From contig CBDANQ010000058.1 of assembly GCA_965197725.1 (NCBI GenBank), forward strand, positions 32,001 to 96,000: a DNA stretch of 64,000 nucleotides, written 5' to 3'. Made by a program: the position numbers and the translations under genes. Under the pieces are notes generated by a model. It ran no database searches. It saw nothing but the letters and a program-made list of their open reading frames with translations, and was not told where the DNA came from. The stretch's first letter is position 1; each line of letters opens with the position of its first letter. This stretch comes from Longimicrobiales bacterium (GTDB taxonomy: Bacteria > Gemmatimonadota > Gemmatimonadetes > Longimicrobiales > Gaopeijiaceae). Of this stretch, positions 20,336 to 31,100 are shown piece by piece.

Positions 20336-21103
20336 ATGAAAGCGATGGGCTGGCTGGCTGCAGGTGCGACGGCTCTGGCGGGGGCTGCAGGGAGCGTGGG
20401 GACCATCCCGCTCCACATCGAGCTCGCGCCGGCCCTCCAAGGCCTTCCAGCGAACCCCGGCTATGGCGCCGGCTTCATCTTCACGCGCATTCGGTACGGC
20501 GGAAGCGGATTCGGTTTCCGTCGCGGCGGCGCTAGCTGGTCGCACGACTATCCCCGAGCCGACTCCAACCTCTCGATGCTGCTCACCGAACTCACGACCA
20601 TCGACGCGGAAACTGGCGGCACGAACGTGCTAGAGATCGGCGACCCTGAACTCTTCAAGTATCCGGTTGCGTATATCTCCGAACCGGGCTTCTGGGATAT
20701 GACGGATCGACAGGCCGTCGTTCTGCGCCAATACGTGTTGAAGGGAGGGTTCCTCATCTTCGACGACTTCGAGCGACGGCAGCTCGACAACACGCTGTAC
20801 CAGCTCGCTCGCTCGCTGCCCGAGTACGAACTGGTTCACATCGACATCGATCACCCGATCTTCCACTCGTTCTTCTCGATGGAAGACATCTACTTCCCAC
20901 ATCCGCTGGTGGACGTGATCCCCGTCTACTACGCGCTCTTCGAAGACAACGACCCTCGGAAGCGCATGCTGGCGATCATCAACCACAACAATGACATCGC
21001 GGAGTACTGGGAGTGGTCAGCCGAGAGTTGGTTCCCCGTCGACATCACCAACGACGCATACAAGCTCGGGATCAACTACATCACCTACGCCATGACACAC
21101 TGA
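20336..21103 (+). CDS. DUF4159 domain-containing protein
   Basis: FTRIRY, WSHDYPRAD, GGFLIFDDF, HPIFHSFF, NNDIAEYWE, KLGINY. Confidence 0.85.
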   Translation: MKAMGWLAAGATALAGAAGSVGTIPLHIELAPALQGLPANPGYGAGFIFTRIRYGGSGFGFRRGGASWSHDYPRADSNLSMLLTELTTIDAETGGTNVLEIGDPELFKYPVAYISEPGFWDMTDRQAVVLRQYVLKGGFLIFDDFERRQLDNTLYQLARSLPEYELVHIDIDHPIFHSFFSMEDIYFPHPLVDVIPVYYALFEDNDPRKRMLAIINHNNDIAEYWEWSAESWFPVDITNDAYKLGINYITYAMTH

Positions 21104-21109
21104 GCGTCG

Positions 21110-21670
21110 CTACGGCACCCAGGTCGTGAGCTCGGCGGCCGGCCAACGCGCTTTGGCTTCCGGCACGCTCGCAGGCTCCCCCACGTTGACGGTGGCGACG
21201 ATGCGCTCACCCTTTGGGAGGCCCGCCGCAGCATGCGACTGCGGGTCGTCCATGATCGCGCCAGACTTGATGTGGGTGCCGAGCCCCATTGCATGGGCGA
21301 CCAGCGAGAGGTTCTGGATCGCCATGAACGTTGCCGCGTAGTCCTCTTCGCGGATCTCCGGGTCCTCGTCGAGCACGACACTTACGACGAGCATGGCCGG
21401 AAGCTCCCGATGCGTGCGTTCGACCTTCGCGATGACCGCCTGCGCTGCGTCCGGCTCGTCGACCCGCTTCGCCTTGCGGGCACCGAGCGCGGCACCATAC
21501 GCGGCGCGTGCCTCGGGGCCGAGTACATAGAACCGCCAAGGCTCGGTCATACGGTGGTTCGGCGCTTGGCAGGCTGCGTCGAGCAATCGGTCGATCTCTT
21601 CGCGAGAGATCTCTCGGTCGCTGAACTCTTTGATCGAACGTCGGGTCGCGATGGCTTCGACAACTTTCAT
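21110..21670 (-). CDS. Nitroreductase family protein
   Basis: AIATRRSIKEF, APNHRMTEPWRF, QNLSLVAHAMGLGT; start MKVVE. Confidence 0.9.
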   Translation of the reverse strand: MKVVEAIATRRSIKEFSDREISREEIDRLLDAACQAPNHRMTEPWRFYVLGPEARAAYGAALGARKAKRVDEPDAAQAVIAKVERTHRELPAMLVVSVVLDEDPEIREEDYAATFMAIQNLSLVAHAMGLGTHIKSGAIMDDPQSHAAAGLPKGERIVATVNVGEPASVPEAKARWPAAELTTWVP

Positions 21671-21837
21671 TGGGCGCGGCGGTCTGGGAGGATCGGACGT
21701 GCGAACCGGCGGAATCTGTAAGAATCCAGAACCCGGCGCATGTGGGCACGCGGCACGTGAGGGATCAGCCCCCAGCCCTAGCCAAGCCCGCCTGATGCTC
21801 TGTACCGTGCCACGACCGTTACAGGCCGGAGCCATCG

Positions 21838-23019
21838 ATGGATGACGCGCGTTTCCCCACCACGTGGGCGCCGTACATGACGTGGGCGAAGCACCACCCG
21901 AAGACTTGCTACGACCTCACCGGTTCGAATCTCCTACCTTGCACCATCGACGAGCTACCGGGTGCGAGAGAGGCGGTGCGCCTGTACGACCGCAACGATG
22001 ACGGGTGGCCTCCGCTCGTAGACGCGATCGCCCATCGGTACGACGTCGACGCGACCCGAGTCGCGACCGCGCCGGGTGCATCCGGAGCGAACTTCATGGC
22101 GCTCGCGGCGCTGGTGCGACCCGGCGACACCGTGCTCGTCGAGTGGCCGGGGTACGACCCCCAAGGCGGCGCCGCTCGCTTCCTCGGAGCGCGGGTCAAC
22201 ACGTTCGAGCGAGCATGGCACGACCGCTTCGCGCTGATCCCCGAGAGGGTGGAAGCCGCGCTCACACCCGAGACCCGGGCCGTGGTCGTCACCAACCTGC
22301 ACAACCCGTCGGGGGTCTATGCAGCGCCTCATGCTCTCGAGGCGGTGGGCGACCTCGCACGCGCCGTGGGCGCCAAGGTGATCGTCGATGAGGTTTACTT
22401 GGATGCCTTGAGCGGAGTGGACCAGAGCCCGGCCGCTACACGAGACGACGTGTTCGTCTCCACGAATAGTCTGACCAAGTCGTACGGCCTCTCCGGGCTT
22501 CGCGTAGGCTGGATGATCGCGGACCCTGGAACCGTGGAGCGGGCACTGCGCGTGCGCGACGTCGTGGACGCGGTCGGCTCGATCCCGTCAGAGATGCTCG
22601 GCGTGCTCGCGTTTCAGCAGCTGGATGCTCTGCTCGAGCGCGCCCGTGGGGTGCTCGAGCCCGGCCAAGCCATCGTGCGCGACTTCATCGCGTCGAGGGC
22701 AGAGCTGGAATGGGTTCAACCGATCGGAGGCGCGATCGCCTTCCCCCGCCTCGTCGGGGTCGATGACGCCGAGCCGTTCGTCGAGATGGCGGCGACCAAG
22801 TTCGACGTCGGAGTCACTCCTGGACTCTTCTTCGGCGCCCCCGAGCACTTCCGGATCGCGGTAGCAGGCGAGCGGAGCGCGCTCGAGGGCGGGCTGGAAG
22901 CTCTGGGAAGAGCGCTAGCAGTCCGTGGAAGAAATAGGTTCCCAGCGGATGATGGGTGGGAGAGAAGGCAGACACGCGGGGGCTGTGTTGTTGTGCAAGA
23001 AGCGGGTTTTGGGGTCTGA
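21838..23019 (+). CDS. PLP-dependent aminotransferase class I/II; C-terminus replaced by IS read-through
   Basis: TNLHNPSG, DEVY, SLTKSYGLSGLRVGW; native end LDRGLP-TAA lies beyond the IS at 24414-24434. Confidence 0.88.
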   Translation: MDDARFPTTWAPYMTWAKHHPKTCYDLTGSNLLPCTIDELPGAREAVRLYDRNDDGWPPLVDAIAHRYDVDATRVATAPGASGANFMALAALVRPGDTVLVEWPGYDPQGGAARFLGARVNTFERAWHDRFALIPERVEAALTPETRAVVVTNLHNPSGVYAAPHALEAVGDLARAVGAKVIVDEVYLDALSGVDQSPAATRDDVFVSTNSLTKSYGLSGLRVGWMIADPGTVERALRVRDVVDAVGSIPSEMLGVLAFQQLDALLERARGVLEPGQAIVRDFIASRAELEWVQPIGGAIAFPRLVGVDDAEPFVEMAATKFDVGVTPGLFFGAPEHFRIAVAGERSALEGGLEALGRALAVRGRNRFPADDGWERRQTRGGCVVVQEAGFGV

Positions 23020-24336
23020 CGAGGCGATATTCGGCCCAAGGAAGGCGAAATAGCGCCGAATACGGCGGAAAAAGCGCGAGACGCGGGTTGTAACCTGAGT
23101 TGCGAGCGCAGCTGGTACGGTAGCGAGGCCCTGTAACGCACGGGGGGTTCCAACCCCGAACCGCTTGCGCATGAGAAGGCCGAGGTTGAAGGCCGCCGCG
23201 TGGATCAACATCCGTTTTCGAATCTCCTCCTGGCCCCGTATGTGGACGCGACGCAGCCCTCCGGTCACAAGCAAGTGCGCAAACCCCCGCTCCACCTTCT
23301 CGCCGCGCTGGCGCAGCAGCCGCATCCCCCGGTTGCCGCGGATCCGGCGGCGGTTGTCGTAGGTCGGCGTCTGCGCGTCCCGGTTGTTCTTCCATTTCCG
23401 GCGCCCGCGGTTGGGCTCGCTCACATAGCTGCGCAGCTCCCGCTCCTTCACGCCCGTCATGGTCTTGTTCGAGTGGTAGCCTTTGTCGGCCACCACTTCC
23501 TCGGGCTCTACCTGCACTACTTCCAGCTGCCGCTCTGCCTCGTCCAGCGTGTTGGGCAGCGACGCCACATCTCCCCCGTCCATCGTCTGCACCGTCACCG
23601 CCACAAGCGCACCGGTCTCCATGTCGACCGCCTGCTCCAACTTGTGCGCCAGGCGCGTCCTGCCGTCCTTCATCTTCGTGATCCGCGCCTCCGGGTCGTG
23701 CGGATGCACCCAGTCCTTGTTCGAGCCCTTCTTCGGACGCTTCCGGTCCAGCGTCGTCAGATCCTTGCGCGTCGGCGTCTCGATCCCCGACGCCCGGGCC
23801 ACCTGCTCCAGCCATTCATCGTAGCCCAACCCGTCGTCGCGCCGCACGATCGTGCGCATCGCCGCATTCGCCTCCAGCGTCGTCGAGTCGACGCCCAGCG
23901 TCTTGCCGCTCAGCAACCCCGACCCCTTCAGCAGCTCCAGCACCCGCCCGAACACCGCCGCGTGCGCTTCCACGCTCAGGCGCTTGCGCGTCTTCGACAG
24001 GGTCGAATGCTCCGGCGGGTTCTTCGCCCACCCGTATCCCAGAAACTCACGCAACGACAACGAGTCCCCACACCGCCAGGCAATGCCCCGCTCCGAGCCG
24101 ATCCCTTCGAGGTAGCCCACCATCATCATTCGGAAATACACCCCGGGAGCAATCCCCGGCCGACCCCGATTGTCCGCGTAGAACTCACGGCATGCCTCTT
24201 CCGCGAACTCGTCAAACCCGCTTTTCGCCAGAAGCTCGTTCAAGGCCCGGTAGAACGGGTTGTCCAAGGCCCGAATCTCGCTCGCCACCACGAACATCTC
24301 GCCCTGCCGAGCCTCGGGCCGCTTGCCTACCGCCAT
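22915..24336 (-). CDS. DDE transposase (DUF772-type N-terminus)
   Basis: GRPGIAP..FRMM..SERG, GVDSTTLEANA, ADKGY, KVERGFAH; stop TAG lies in the target CTAG. Confidence 0.95.
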   Translation of the reverse strand: MAVGKRPEARQGEMFVVASEIRALDNPFYRALNELLAKSGFDEFAEEACREFYADNRGRPGIAPGVYFRMMMVGYLEGIGSERGIAWRCGDSLSLREFLGYGWAKNPPEHSTLSKTRKRLSVEAHAAVFGRVLELLKGSGLLSGKTLGVDSTTLEANAAMRTIVRRDDGLGYDEWLEQVARASGIETPTRKDLTTLDRKRPKKGSNKDWVHPHDPEARITKMKDGRTRLAHKLEQAVDMETGALVAVTVQTMDGGDVASLPNTLDEAERQLEVVQVEPEEVVADKGYHSNKTMTGVKERELRSYVSEPNRGRRKWKNNRDAQTPTYDNRRRIRGNRGMRLLRQRGEKVERGFAHLLVTGGLRRVHIRGQEEIRKRMLIHAAAFNLGLLMRKRFGVGTPRALQGLATVPAALATQVTTRVSRFFRRIRRYFAFLGPNIASSDPKTRFLHNNTAPACLPSLPPIIRWEPISSTDC

Positions 24337-24413
24337 CGCCGTCCTCGCTGCAAAAACCCTCGTGTCCTCCTGATTTAACACAACAGCGATGACCGGACTT
24401 TATCCACGGTCTG
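22919..24413 (-). mobile_element. Insertion sequence, IS1182/IS5-type, copy 1 (1495 bp)
   Basis: Terminal IR CAGTCCGTGGA / TCCACGGTCTG; CTAG duplicated at 22915-22918 and 24414-24417; near-identical copy at 54279-55773. Confidence 0.95.
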
Positions 24414-24466
24414 CTAGACCGGGGTCTACCCTAACAGCATGCAGGTAGAAGTAAGCGGGCTAGGCG

Positions 24467-27044
24467 TCACCAGGTCTCCACGCGTCCCTGTGCAGTGAAG
24501 AAAAGCACGCGCTCCTTCACCGGGTCACCCGTGAGCCGGGTCCACGCCTCCGCGTACAAGTCGACCTGCCGCCGATAGGCGTCCAGCCGTGTTCCGAAGT
24601 CTGGATCGGTCCCCAGGTCGGTCTTGTAGTCGGCGATCACCCAACCGTCTGCCTCCAAGAACGCCAGGTCGATCACGCCTTCGAGGACCTGGTGGGCTCT
24701 GGAAGGCTCTTCGGGCGCAGGCTCGCTCTCGGCTTCATGGATCGCGTCCAGAGAGAAGAGGTCGAGCTGCTTGCGCGGCTTCTCCTCGGGACCCTGCGCT
24801 TGGCGCTGCGGGCCCGCGGCCGGCGCGGCGGTGGCGCCCCGGCCGGCCGGCTGCGACACGGCAAAGGGCACTTCGGCAAGCAGGCGCTCGGCCCGGTGCG
24901 CTCTCTGCCACAGATCCGACGCGCGCACGGATTCCACGACGCCGAGGAGTTCGTGCAACTCGGTGGGATCGCCGTGGTCATCCAGCGGCCTTTCGTACTC
25001 GACGAGCAAGTCACGGCACGCGGCGCGCAGTGCTTCCGGCGTGGTCCCTTCCCCGGCTGCGGCGAGCGCCCCGTGAACCGCGCTTCCCCACGAGAAGCCG
25101 CGGAAGGCCTGCCTGTCGGCCTGATGGCATCGAAGGCACCTTCGTCGAGACGGTGCTGAACCAGTCGCTCGTAGTCGATGCCGAAGAAGAGCCCGACCAA
25201 GACCGCGACGACTTTCACCGGATTGCTCGGGTCGATCATGCACGCCAGGACCGCTTGCAGCTCACGTAGCTCGCTCTCGACGCCGACACCCGCCCCGGTC
25301 ACCTGGACCGGCAGGCTGAAGGCCTCCAAAGCTCGTGCGTAGCGGTCGAGGTGGGACCGCGTCCTCGTGAGGATCATAAAGTCTCCGCTCGAGCGTTCTC
25401 CGGAGGCGACCCGAGTCGCGATCCAGCTCGCGATACGTGCGGCATCGTGGTTTGCCGCCGCGGCACCTCGCGCAGCGACGGGGGTCACGGCGTACCAGAA
25501 GACACCCTCGCGCGAGGTTGGCTCTCCTGGCCGCGTGTTCAGCGGCTCGAAGCCCGCCTGCTCCGGGGTAGCCGACGTGGGGAAGAATCCCTCGCCATCG
25601 AACAGCTCATTGACCAGATCCCCGATCGGTGGACGCGAGCGGAAGTTGGTCGTGAGCTCGAGCACGGCTCCGAAGTCGCTGAATCGGTCCTTTACGAATC
25701 CGTAGAGCTGGATGTCCGGTCCGCGCGCCGGAACCGATAGATGCTCTGCTTCGGGTCCCCGACCACGAAGAGCGCTCCGTCCCTGGGAACCGCGGAGCGC
25801 CAGTCCGCGCGCTCAGCCGGACCGTCTCCCCCGTGCGATGCTCCGTCGTCATCGACGTCGGGATCCGAAGAAAGCAGCAGCATGATCTCCACCTGCAGCG
25901 GATCGGTGTCCTGAAACTCGTCCACCAGAAGGCGTCGGTACCGCCGCCCCAGCTGCCGGCGAACGTGTGGGTTCGACCTGAGCAACTCTGCGGCCAGCAG
26001 CAGCAGATCCTGGAAATCGAGCCGTGCCGTCCGTTTCCGGTGCTCGGCGAACTCGAGCGCGGCGTGTCCTGCCAGGCGAACCGCGAGCGCGTCACGATGC
26101 GCGTACCATCGGTTAACCAGACCGCGCGGGGCCGTGTCGCCGACGCCGAACTCGTCGACCCGATCGCGCAGCGCCTTCGCCATCGATCCGTCCCTCCACC
26201 GGTTCTGCGTGATCGAATGGCCCCGTGGGCCCGGCTTGCAGAGACGTGACAGCGCGTCGAAGAAGTCGGCCGGCTCTTTCCACCCTGTGACGTCGCGGGT
26301 GAAGTGGAGCGTCCTCAGTTTCTTCTGGAGCGAATCCCAGCCGCGGTTCGGTTCATGATCCGGTATGAGTTCCCACCCGCGATCAACGAGGTCGTCCAGG
26401 ACCGCTCGGACCTCGCTGAGCTCCGCGGCTGAAGGAGGTTGGGTCTTGTCCGTCGGAAAGTGCACGTCCGGATTCTCGACCAGATGGCCGAACAGACCCC
26501 GCAACCGCGAGGCGCGCAGCCCCGCGTCCGAGAGCTCTTCCAGAATCGGGTCCGCGTCGCGGGTGAGTCGCTCGAGATACGCCTCCCAAAAGTGTTGTCG
26601 TAGCCGCAAGCGTTCCTCGACCGCGAGTTCTTCGAATGCCGGATCGAGGCCGACCTCCAAGGGCCGTTCACGCAACAGTCGGGAGCAAAACACGTGGATC
26701 GTGCCAACAAAAACCCGCTCGATGTCGTCCAGCGCCGTAGCGAGCCGCTCTCGCACGAGGTCGTCGCCCTCCGGCTCGCTCGGTTCAGCTACGCGTTTCT
26801 CGAGATACATCTGGAAGCGCTCGCGTAGCGCGGCAGCGGCCTTGCGCGTGAAAGTCACGGCGGCGATCTCGTCGACGGTTGCCACGCCCGAAGCCACCAA
26901 GGCCACCATGCGCGCGACGAGCTCCGTGGTCTTACCCGACCCGGCACCGGCTTCCACGAGCAAGTTCGTGTCGAGGTCGTCGCCAATGCGCGCGCGGGCC
27001 TGCGCGTCCGGAAACGGGAGGCTGATCACCGCAGGGCCATTCAT
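24467..27044 (-). pseudogene. addA: AddA/UvrD-like helicase-nuclease, disrupted
   Basis: AGAGSGKT, DEFQD, GDPKQSIYRFR, NFRS, nuclease GVIDL...DYKT; 5-bp duplication GTCCG at 25714-25723; frame change and apparent large deletion near 25110 (motifs V/VI not found). Confidence 0.85.
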
Positions 27045-27049
27045 CGCGC

Positions 27050-27200
27050 CAATCTGGGTATGTTGAGGTCGTACCGCGGGACATCGTGGCGCCACCAGTA
27101 GTGAGGTCGTACCGCGGGGACATCGTGGCGCCACCAGTAGTACTGAACGAGGTCCAGCCGGTCGACACCGAGGCGTGAGAGCGATCGGTCTGGTCGTAAC
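27050..27200 (-). pseudogene. Aldo/keto reductase internal fragment
   Basis: DRSLSRLGVDRLDLVQYYWW; no start or remaining domain. Confidence 0.65.
27064..27140. repeat. 38/39-bp tandem duplication
   Basis: TGAGGTCGTACCGCGGG(G)ACATCGTGGCGCCACCAGTAG x2 (27064-27101, 27102-27140). Confidence 0.95.
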
Positions 27201-27249
27201 AATCTAGCTGCGGCGCCAACATCGGTCTTGCGTGGGACTCGCGCCACCA

Positions 27250-27599
27250 CGACGAGGACGGTAGCATGGGCGCGCCCGAATCTACGAAGCTTCCTAGGAG
27301 ATCCGGCTGGACAATCTGACGCACCGCCTGGTAGGCGCCGCGGACGTCATGGTGGCCCCCTTGCCCGCCAACCCCTTCAGCGCGGAGATCGAAGTCATGA
27401 CCGATTCGGGTTTCGTGCCCGGTGCGCGCTGGCACGGCTCGAGCCGGACGTCGCTCGTTATCTTGAATGGTCTCGATACCCCTACGTGCGGATCGAACCG
27501 GGAGGCACCAACTGGTGGGTCCAATTCAGCGACGCGCGCTATGACGGGCGGCCAGGAACGGGCGGGCTGAGCGGGCTGAGAGTGCAGATCCGCGACTGA
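27250..27599 (+). pseudogene. Degenerate C-terminal remnant of a membrane metal-dependent hydrolase (YdjM-like)
   Basis: Pieces in different frames: MVAPLPANPF...; ...VARYLEWSRYPYVRIE...VQFSDARY. Confidence 0.45.
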
Positions 27600-27606
27600 G
27601 CATGTC

Positions 27607-28065
27607 ATGGAAAAGAAGCTGTTCACCATCGACGAGCGGGTTCCATGGTCCGCGGTCGACAAGGCCGGCATCATCTTCTACGGTGCCTACGTGGGTTTCT
27701 TCGAACTCGCGGAGATAGAGCTCTTTCGGGCGGCCGGCGTGCCGTACGGCGAGGTCTTCGATCGCTTCCGAATCTGGTTGCCGCGCGCGCACCTAGAGTC
27801 CGACTTCCACTACCCCTCCCGGCTCGACGACAATCTCCGGGTGGCTGCATATTTCACCCGTTTCGGCACGAGCTCGTTGCAGATCAATTTCGACGTGATG
27901 AACCTCGAGGCCGGCACACTCGCCGTGACGGGGCATGAAGTGCTGGTGTGCACCACGCAGGATACGCTGCGACCTTGGCCTCTGCCGGAGGAGCTCAGGG
28001 AAGCGCTCTCGCCGTACCTGATGTCGGTGGAGCAAGCGCGGGCGAAGCTCCATTCCCTGGAGTGA
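27607..28065 (+). CDS. Acyl-CoA thioesterase (4HBT/YbgC hot-dog fold)
   Basis: VDKAGIIFYGAY..FFELAE, FGTSS. Confidence 0.88.
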   Translation: MEKKLFTIDERVPWSAVDKAGIIFYGAYVGFFELAEIELFRAAGVPYGEVFDRFRIWLPRAHLESDFHYPSRLDDNLRVAAYFTRFGTSSLQINFDVMNLEAGTLAVTGHEVLVCTTQDTLRPWPLPEELREALSPYLMSVEQARAKLHSLE

Positions 28066-28137
28066 GCTTGGAGCCGATCGCACCGGTTCCGCTGGAAGCC
28101 ATCGAAGCCGCGCGAGAGCGAATCGCCGGTGCGCTCG
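28062..28137 (+). pseudogene. N-terminal stub of threonine/serine dehydratase-like PLP enzyme
   Basis: GTGA overlap with thioesterase stop; MSLEPIAPVPLEAIEAARERIAGA, then collides with addB stop. Confidence 0.55.
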
Positions 28138-31100
28138 CTAGTCCTCGAAGGTCCGCACGCGCTTCAACTGAGCGAACGCCGGCCAGAGTCCGGCATTGAG
28201 GTGCTGCTCGGACCACTCGGCGAGCGGGGATGTCATCTTCCCGAACCGTGCCTGCCGCGCACGGCACACATCGGCGTAGTCGCAGAAGCGGCAGTCGTCC
28301 GCTCTCTCGGTCGGCACGAAGTTCCCTGACGCGACGGTGTCCAACATCAGGTCCAGCAGTGGGCCAACGCCCGCCAGCCGCTGGCAGTCGAATACGAACG
28401 CTCGGTTCTCGCCACGTCGCGTCGGGTAGTGATACTCGCCGGAGACGACCGTAACGCCGAGCCGTTGTTCCGCAGCGTGCGCGTACAGTGCGTGCTGTAG
28501 ACGACGACCGCCGTCGAAGGTCCCGCTGTCACCCTCCAGGCCCCATGGCATGCCTGTCTTGTAGTCGACCACGTGCACGCCTTGAAGGTCCTCGTCCACA
28601 CGGTCGATCGCGCCACGCAGCCGAAGCTGTCCCTGCTTGAGGTCGAGAACGACCGGTTCGTCGTCGCCGATGCCGAAGTCGAGCTCGAGCGCCACCCATG
28701 GAGCCCCCCGCTGTCGGACCATGCGCACGAAGGAGCGTACGTCCTCCTCGAGCGCGACCAACTCCCTCCTGAGCGCACCCTCCCCGGGAACCGGCACCTC
28801 GGCCCGCAGCCGCTTGACGCTGATGCCAAGGGTCTTCACCGCGAGCGCTTCGAAGCCCGGCTCCTCCATCTTGAGCTTCCGAATACGGGCCTCGCGCAGC
28901 GACGTCTCGAACACTGCGTGTAGAAGAGCTCCGTGGCGCAGAGGGTTGAGCCAGCGATCAGGATCCAACTCGGGGTCGTCAGGCGGGTAGATACGCAGCA
29001 CCGAACGGTGGAGGTACCGAAGCGGACAGGCGCCCAGATCCTCGAGTCTGCTCGCCGAAACGACGAGCGACGGATTCTTCCGGGGATCGAGCTCCTGTGG
29101 CCTCGCTTCGATCACGCCGTGCGCTGGGCCGGGTACGCCGTCACTGCGTTCGAGCAGCAGCGACAGTCCCGCGTCGAGCCTGGGGAACGCCGCCCGCACG
29201 CGATCGACGCCGTGCCGCATCACCTCCCCCGAACCGAGGCCCGCCATCCAGATGTCGTCGCCGTCCAGCGGGGGACGGTTCGCGCGGGGCACGCGGCACA
29301 CGACACGGCCAAGCGTCTCGTGCAGGTCTCGAAACGTCAGACGCGGATCCCGGCGCTGGAGGCGAAGCGCCGCCAGCAATACCGGCGATGGTCTTATCGA
29401 ACGCGCCTCTGTCGCATCCCACGCACGATAGCTGAGCGTGACGCGGGCACCACGCAGGCGGGCAAAGAACGCCGCGAACCGAAAGGTCCGCTCTCGCAGC
29501 AGTTCAGACGATGTGGGCAGACCCTCCCCGAGCACGCGCCGGTCGCTGTCGAGCAGCACGGGGTCTTGCGTGCTCGGACCCGGTATGTGCTCCGCTTCCG
29601 CTCCCACCACGAAGACCGCGGGACGCCCCGTGTATCCTCCGTGCTCCATATCGGACAGGTGCAGGTGTCCCCCCTCGGACGACCATGGCGCACCGGGGTC
29701 GTTGCCGCTCGCGCCCGGTCCCGACGCACGCACCCTGATCTCGAGGTGCCGGCGGAGAACAGTCACCGCCGCGCCGAAGTCCGTGCGGCGCCGGAGTGTG
29801 GCGTCCACCCGCTCGAGCACCTGGTTGATGCGTTCTCGCGCGCTCAGATCCGACCCGTCACCTAGAGGAACGCGACGGAGGAAAGCCCGTAGGCCCCGTG
29901 CTAGCTCGGCTGGGGAGACCGGCGCGCCGCGCTCTCCCCTGCGGTCCGGAATCGCCGGCGTCGCCTTCAGGGTCGGAAACAGGATCGAGCGCAACGCCCT
30001 CAACTCCCCTTCCGCCTGCGCACGCCGTCGCTCGAAGGCCTCAGCATGCTCCCACTTTCTTGGCCCGAGCTCCTCGAGTCTAGCCAGGGCCGTGCGGACC
30101 TGACTGCGATATCGCTTGCGACCCCAACCGATGCGGAGGCTGCGGAACCGACGCCCCAACTCGGCCGGCGCGTGGTAGAGGCGCGTGCGACCGGGCCGAA
30201 GGTCACCGGCCTCGAGCAGCCTTCGGATCGGGCTGGCCTGGAAGCCTCCCTCGATCCAATCGAGGTAGGCGCGTACCACTCGGCCCGGCCGCGTGCGCTC
30301 GACGGGAAGGCCTACTGCGTACGTGACCGGAATGCGTAGCTCGGAAGAGAGCGCATGGAGCGCCGACCCGTAGGCGGCGGGATCCGGTGTGACGATCTCG
30401 ACCTGGTCCCATGCAAGAGCGCGCTCGGCCACACGCCGAATGACTTCACGCAGCTCGTCGGTGATGGAGGCCGCATGGAAGAGTTCGAGCTCGGAAGACC
30501 GCGGGTCGCCGTCCATCTGCTCCGGGGCGAATAGATAGGAGTAGGCGGATCCACTGGATCCATTGGAGTGACGGTTCCAGAGCACGGAGTCCCGCACGTC
30601 GATCCCCACCACTGGGTCCGTCTCGAGCACCTTAGCACCCCGGGCTTGAAGCGCGGTGAGCAGCTGCCCGCTCAAGCCCCGGGTGCTGACCCCAGGCACG
30701 ATTACGACGACCTCGGCACCCAGAGTGTCCGGCATGCGATGACCGTCGTTCTCCAACGATGCGAGTGCAAGCCGGAGTACGGATGCGGTGTCAGCCAGAC
30801 GTCGTTGGCCCAAGAGCCGCTCGTAGCGCTGCAACACGCGCAACAAGAAGAGCCGCTTCGACCAGTCTGCAAGCCGTGCTCGATCAAGCTCCTCAGGACT
30901 GATACCAGAGAGACGCAACGCCGTGACCGCACCGTGCACGCGCTCACGGAAGCCGACGCCTTCAGCGAGCTCCCCGAGGCCCCGTCCCTCGGCGACCAGA
31001 GCGGCGTCGAGAGATTCATCGAGAAGTGCTCTTTCGTCGAACGCGTCCATCACGCGCAGCGACGCCCGCTCCATCCCGTCGCGCGCGAGTCGAAGCGCCA

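Noticed and set aside
23200..24378. 392-aa plus-strand ORF in the IS (also 54560-55738)
   Set aside because: Antisense shadow of the transposase, common at high GC
27064..27140. Repeat pair as a mini-CRISPR
   Set aside because: Copies are adjacent with no spacer, lie inside a gene fragment, and there are no cas genes
28138..28600. Cas4 call for the PD-(D/E)XK Fe-S domain
   Set aside because: It is the C-terminus of a ~1060-aa protein beside a UvrD helicase, which fits AddB
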